From: Macrostomum lignano
Taxonomy: Eukaryota
DNA length: 64,000 nt
Reading direction: 5' to 3'
Assembly: GCA_002269645.1 (NCBI GenBank)
Contig: NIVC01002375.1
Span: 1-64,000 of the forward strand
How positions within the stretch are numbered: the first letter of the stretch is position 1; every line of letters begins with the position of its first letter. The position numbers and the translations under genes are program-made. Shown here one piece after another: positions 62,139 to 64,000 of the stretch. The notes under the pieces are model-generated. The model saw nothing but the letters and a program-made list of their open reading frames with translations. It ran no database searches and had not been told where the DNA came from.

Positions 62139-63491
62139 CTATAATTGGGAAGGTAGCAAAGCTTGCACTTAAAAATACTATAAAAACTGTTAGCACTGTG
62201 TGCCAAAAAACCAAGGTAGTTTTATGCTACTTAGTACCCACACTCCGAATCATGTAGTATACACCCAAAAATTTGGGAGTGCATTGATCTTGCATGCCAA
62301 AAGTAGCATACATGCACAACAGTTGGCTGAGTTAGCCAATCTGGCCAACCAATTTGGCGGCCAAGTAAGGTAAGTCACAAAAATGCCCATCCAAATAAAT
62401 AAATAAATAAATGCAGGAGTACTAAGTAGATAACAAGACATTTTGCCTTAATAAAACAGTCATAGTTACTCCTGCCATTTAGCCAACTGCATTATTTTGC
62501 TTTCTGGTTTCCTTTATATGTAAATCACATTATTTTTTGCTAAAACTACCAGTAAGTTACACAGCTGACCAAATTTTGGAAGTTGTGCATGTATAAAAAG
62601 TAGGCGTGTACAGTTGGCATGCATCACTCCAAAGAAAATAGTGTACATGCACACCTGGTATGCACTTTATAAAATCATGCAGAAAAGTTATTTTGAAGTA
62701 GAAGAGTTTATTTTAAGTGTAAATTTCAAGCTTTCTGGGTTTTTAGACTTATAATATAGCATTTTAACAAATCCTTGCATGCATCAATTTCCATAGTAAA
62801 TATTATTGCCAAAAGAAGCAGAAAAATCAACCAAATTATCCACCAAAAAGGTTTCATTAGGCAATTTAAAAAAGGTCATTTATTGTTAGAATATAAAAAA
62901 GGTCATTTATTGTCGCAATCGCAACATTGGCATAGTTTTGAAAATGGGCATGTACTCAATTTTTTTGGCCTGCATTTTGTAATTATTAGATTTTTGTTCT
63001 GGCATGCACCTAGCATGATCTAGACTATGGCTTAGCACAGGGTAGTTATAAATATAAACATAGTGGAAAGGCAAGGATCACCTATTTTGCTACAGATTAA
63101 TGCTACCTAATAATTTGACCAATAAATTTTGCATTAAAAAATAAACTATATGGTTTCAAATGAAAATTGAAAAAAATAAAATTAACAATTATTGAAATAT
63201 ATCTAAAAATTATAGTTAGATAGGATATAGTAGGCAATAAAATTAACAAAGATTCGCACAATTTTCTTACTTGGTACTATACAGGATTTTCTTTTATTTC
63301 TCATTATAGTTATAGCAATGCCATATTTCATTATCAGATCTACACTAAATAATATAATACTAGACCACTTTTTGTGCTACTGCTATGTACATTGTATTAG
63401 GATTCAAGAAGCTAATGCTAGACCACTTTCTGCATTGAAATTTTCTATAAAATGACCATTTTCCTGACCATGGACATGGTTATAGTCATGG
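62139..63491. mobile_element. Possible degraded 8-bp-TSD DNA element related to 1678-2260
   Basis: agtctaga on both sides (62131-38, 63492-99); right end ttatagtcatgg and left end ctataa (would need a 6-bp deletion); shares aaaaaaggtcatttattgtcgcaa with about 2138-2160. Confidence 0.3.
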
Positions 63492-63955
63492 AGTCTAGAA
63501 TAAAGGCCAGAGATAAGATAAGATCAATGATAAAGCATATTTGGCTTTGAAAAATGTTATATTTAATACTTAATTTACAAACCATTAAAAGGTTGATTCA
63601 ATTGCTATCAATTGATACCATTTTTATATATCAGCACAGGCTGCGACAGGCGCACACATTGTATGTATAGCATCTATTAAAAAAACTCATATAATGATAA
63701 AATAAAAAACTGTAACACTTGCTGCTGTTACTGAATACTGCGACTGTGACAGTACTACAAAAGTTGCAGTTATTATAGCTACTAGCTAGACCTATTGCCA
63801 TATTGGCTATTTTATAGCAAAGTTAAAAAGCCTAAATTAAATAGAATAGACATATAGTTTATTTATTTATTATATTATAAAGTGGATTCAGCCATTCGGG
63901 ATGATACAAGTTTATATATTAGGGGCCGATTGTTCAAAAGTTAGTCAAGTCATTA

Positions 63956-64000
63956 GGCCTTTTCATATTGCTTGTTCTGGTTCCAGAACCAGAACCAATT
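63956..64000. mobile_element. Second copy of the Harbinger-like MITE (cut by the window end)
   Basis: ggccttttcatattgcttgttctggttccagaacc matches 60057 onward; preceded by tta. Confidence 0.75.

Noticed and set aside
59511-63491. ccatgacta / tagtcatgg as TIRs of a 4-kb element
   Set aside because: The flanks (gtggcaaa vs agtctaga) do not form a TSD, and a 9-bp match is expected by chance.

Overview
Eukaryotic (invertebrate-like metazoan) genomic window with an AT-rich background and GC-richer exons. It holds two intron-containing genes in convergent orientation. (1) A ZDHHC5/8-type palmitoyltransferase on + (four coding exons, 4672-8760; the exon for the N-terminus and first TM segment was not found and probably lies upstream of the window). 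(2) A complete phospholipase C-beta (PLCB4/norpA-like) on -, spanning 55807-20532. Its 20 coding exons join in frame to 3888 nt (1295 aa plus stop). The best finding is a tandem pair of 85-nt paralogous Y-box exons in PLC-beta. Both are followed by perfect minor-spliceosome (U12) donors (GTATCCTTT) and share one downstream U12 branch point (TTCCTTAAC), while their acceptors are served by a U2 donor. This is a U2/U12 hybrid architecture for mutually exclusive splicing. PLC-beta also has three candidate alternative terminal exons. Nearly every intron longer than about 450 nt carries its own minisatellite. Several arrays are amplified copies of the adjacent branch point or donor, one is shared between the two genes, one occurs as an inverted pair, and the skewed ones are mostly C-rich on the transcribed sense strand. 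Mobile DNA includes a defective DD34D mariner, a Tc1/IS630-like long-TIR derivative, several 8-bp-TSD non-autonomous elements and a nested Harbinger-like MITE. Most long ORFs in the supplied track are repeat artefacts. Everything here was read by eye with no database searches.
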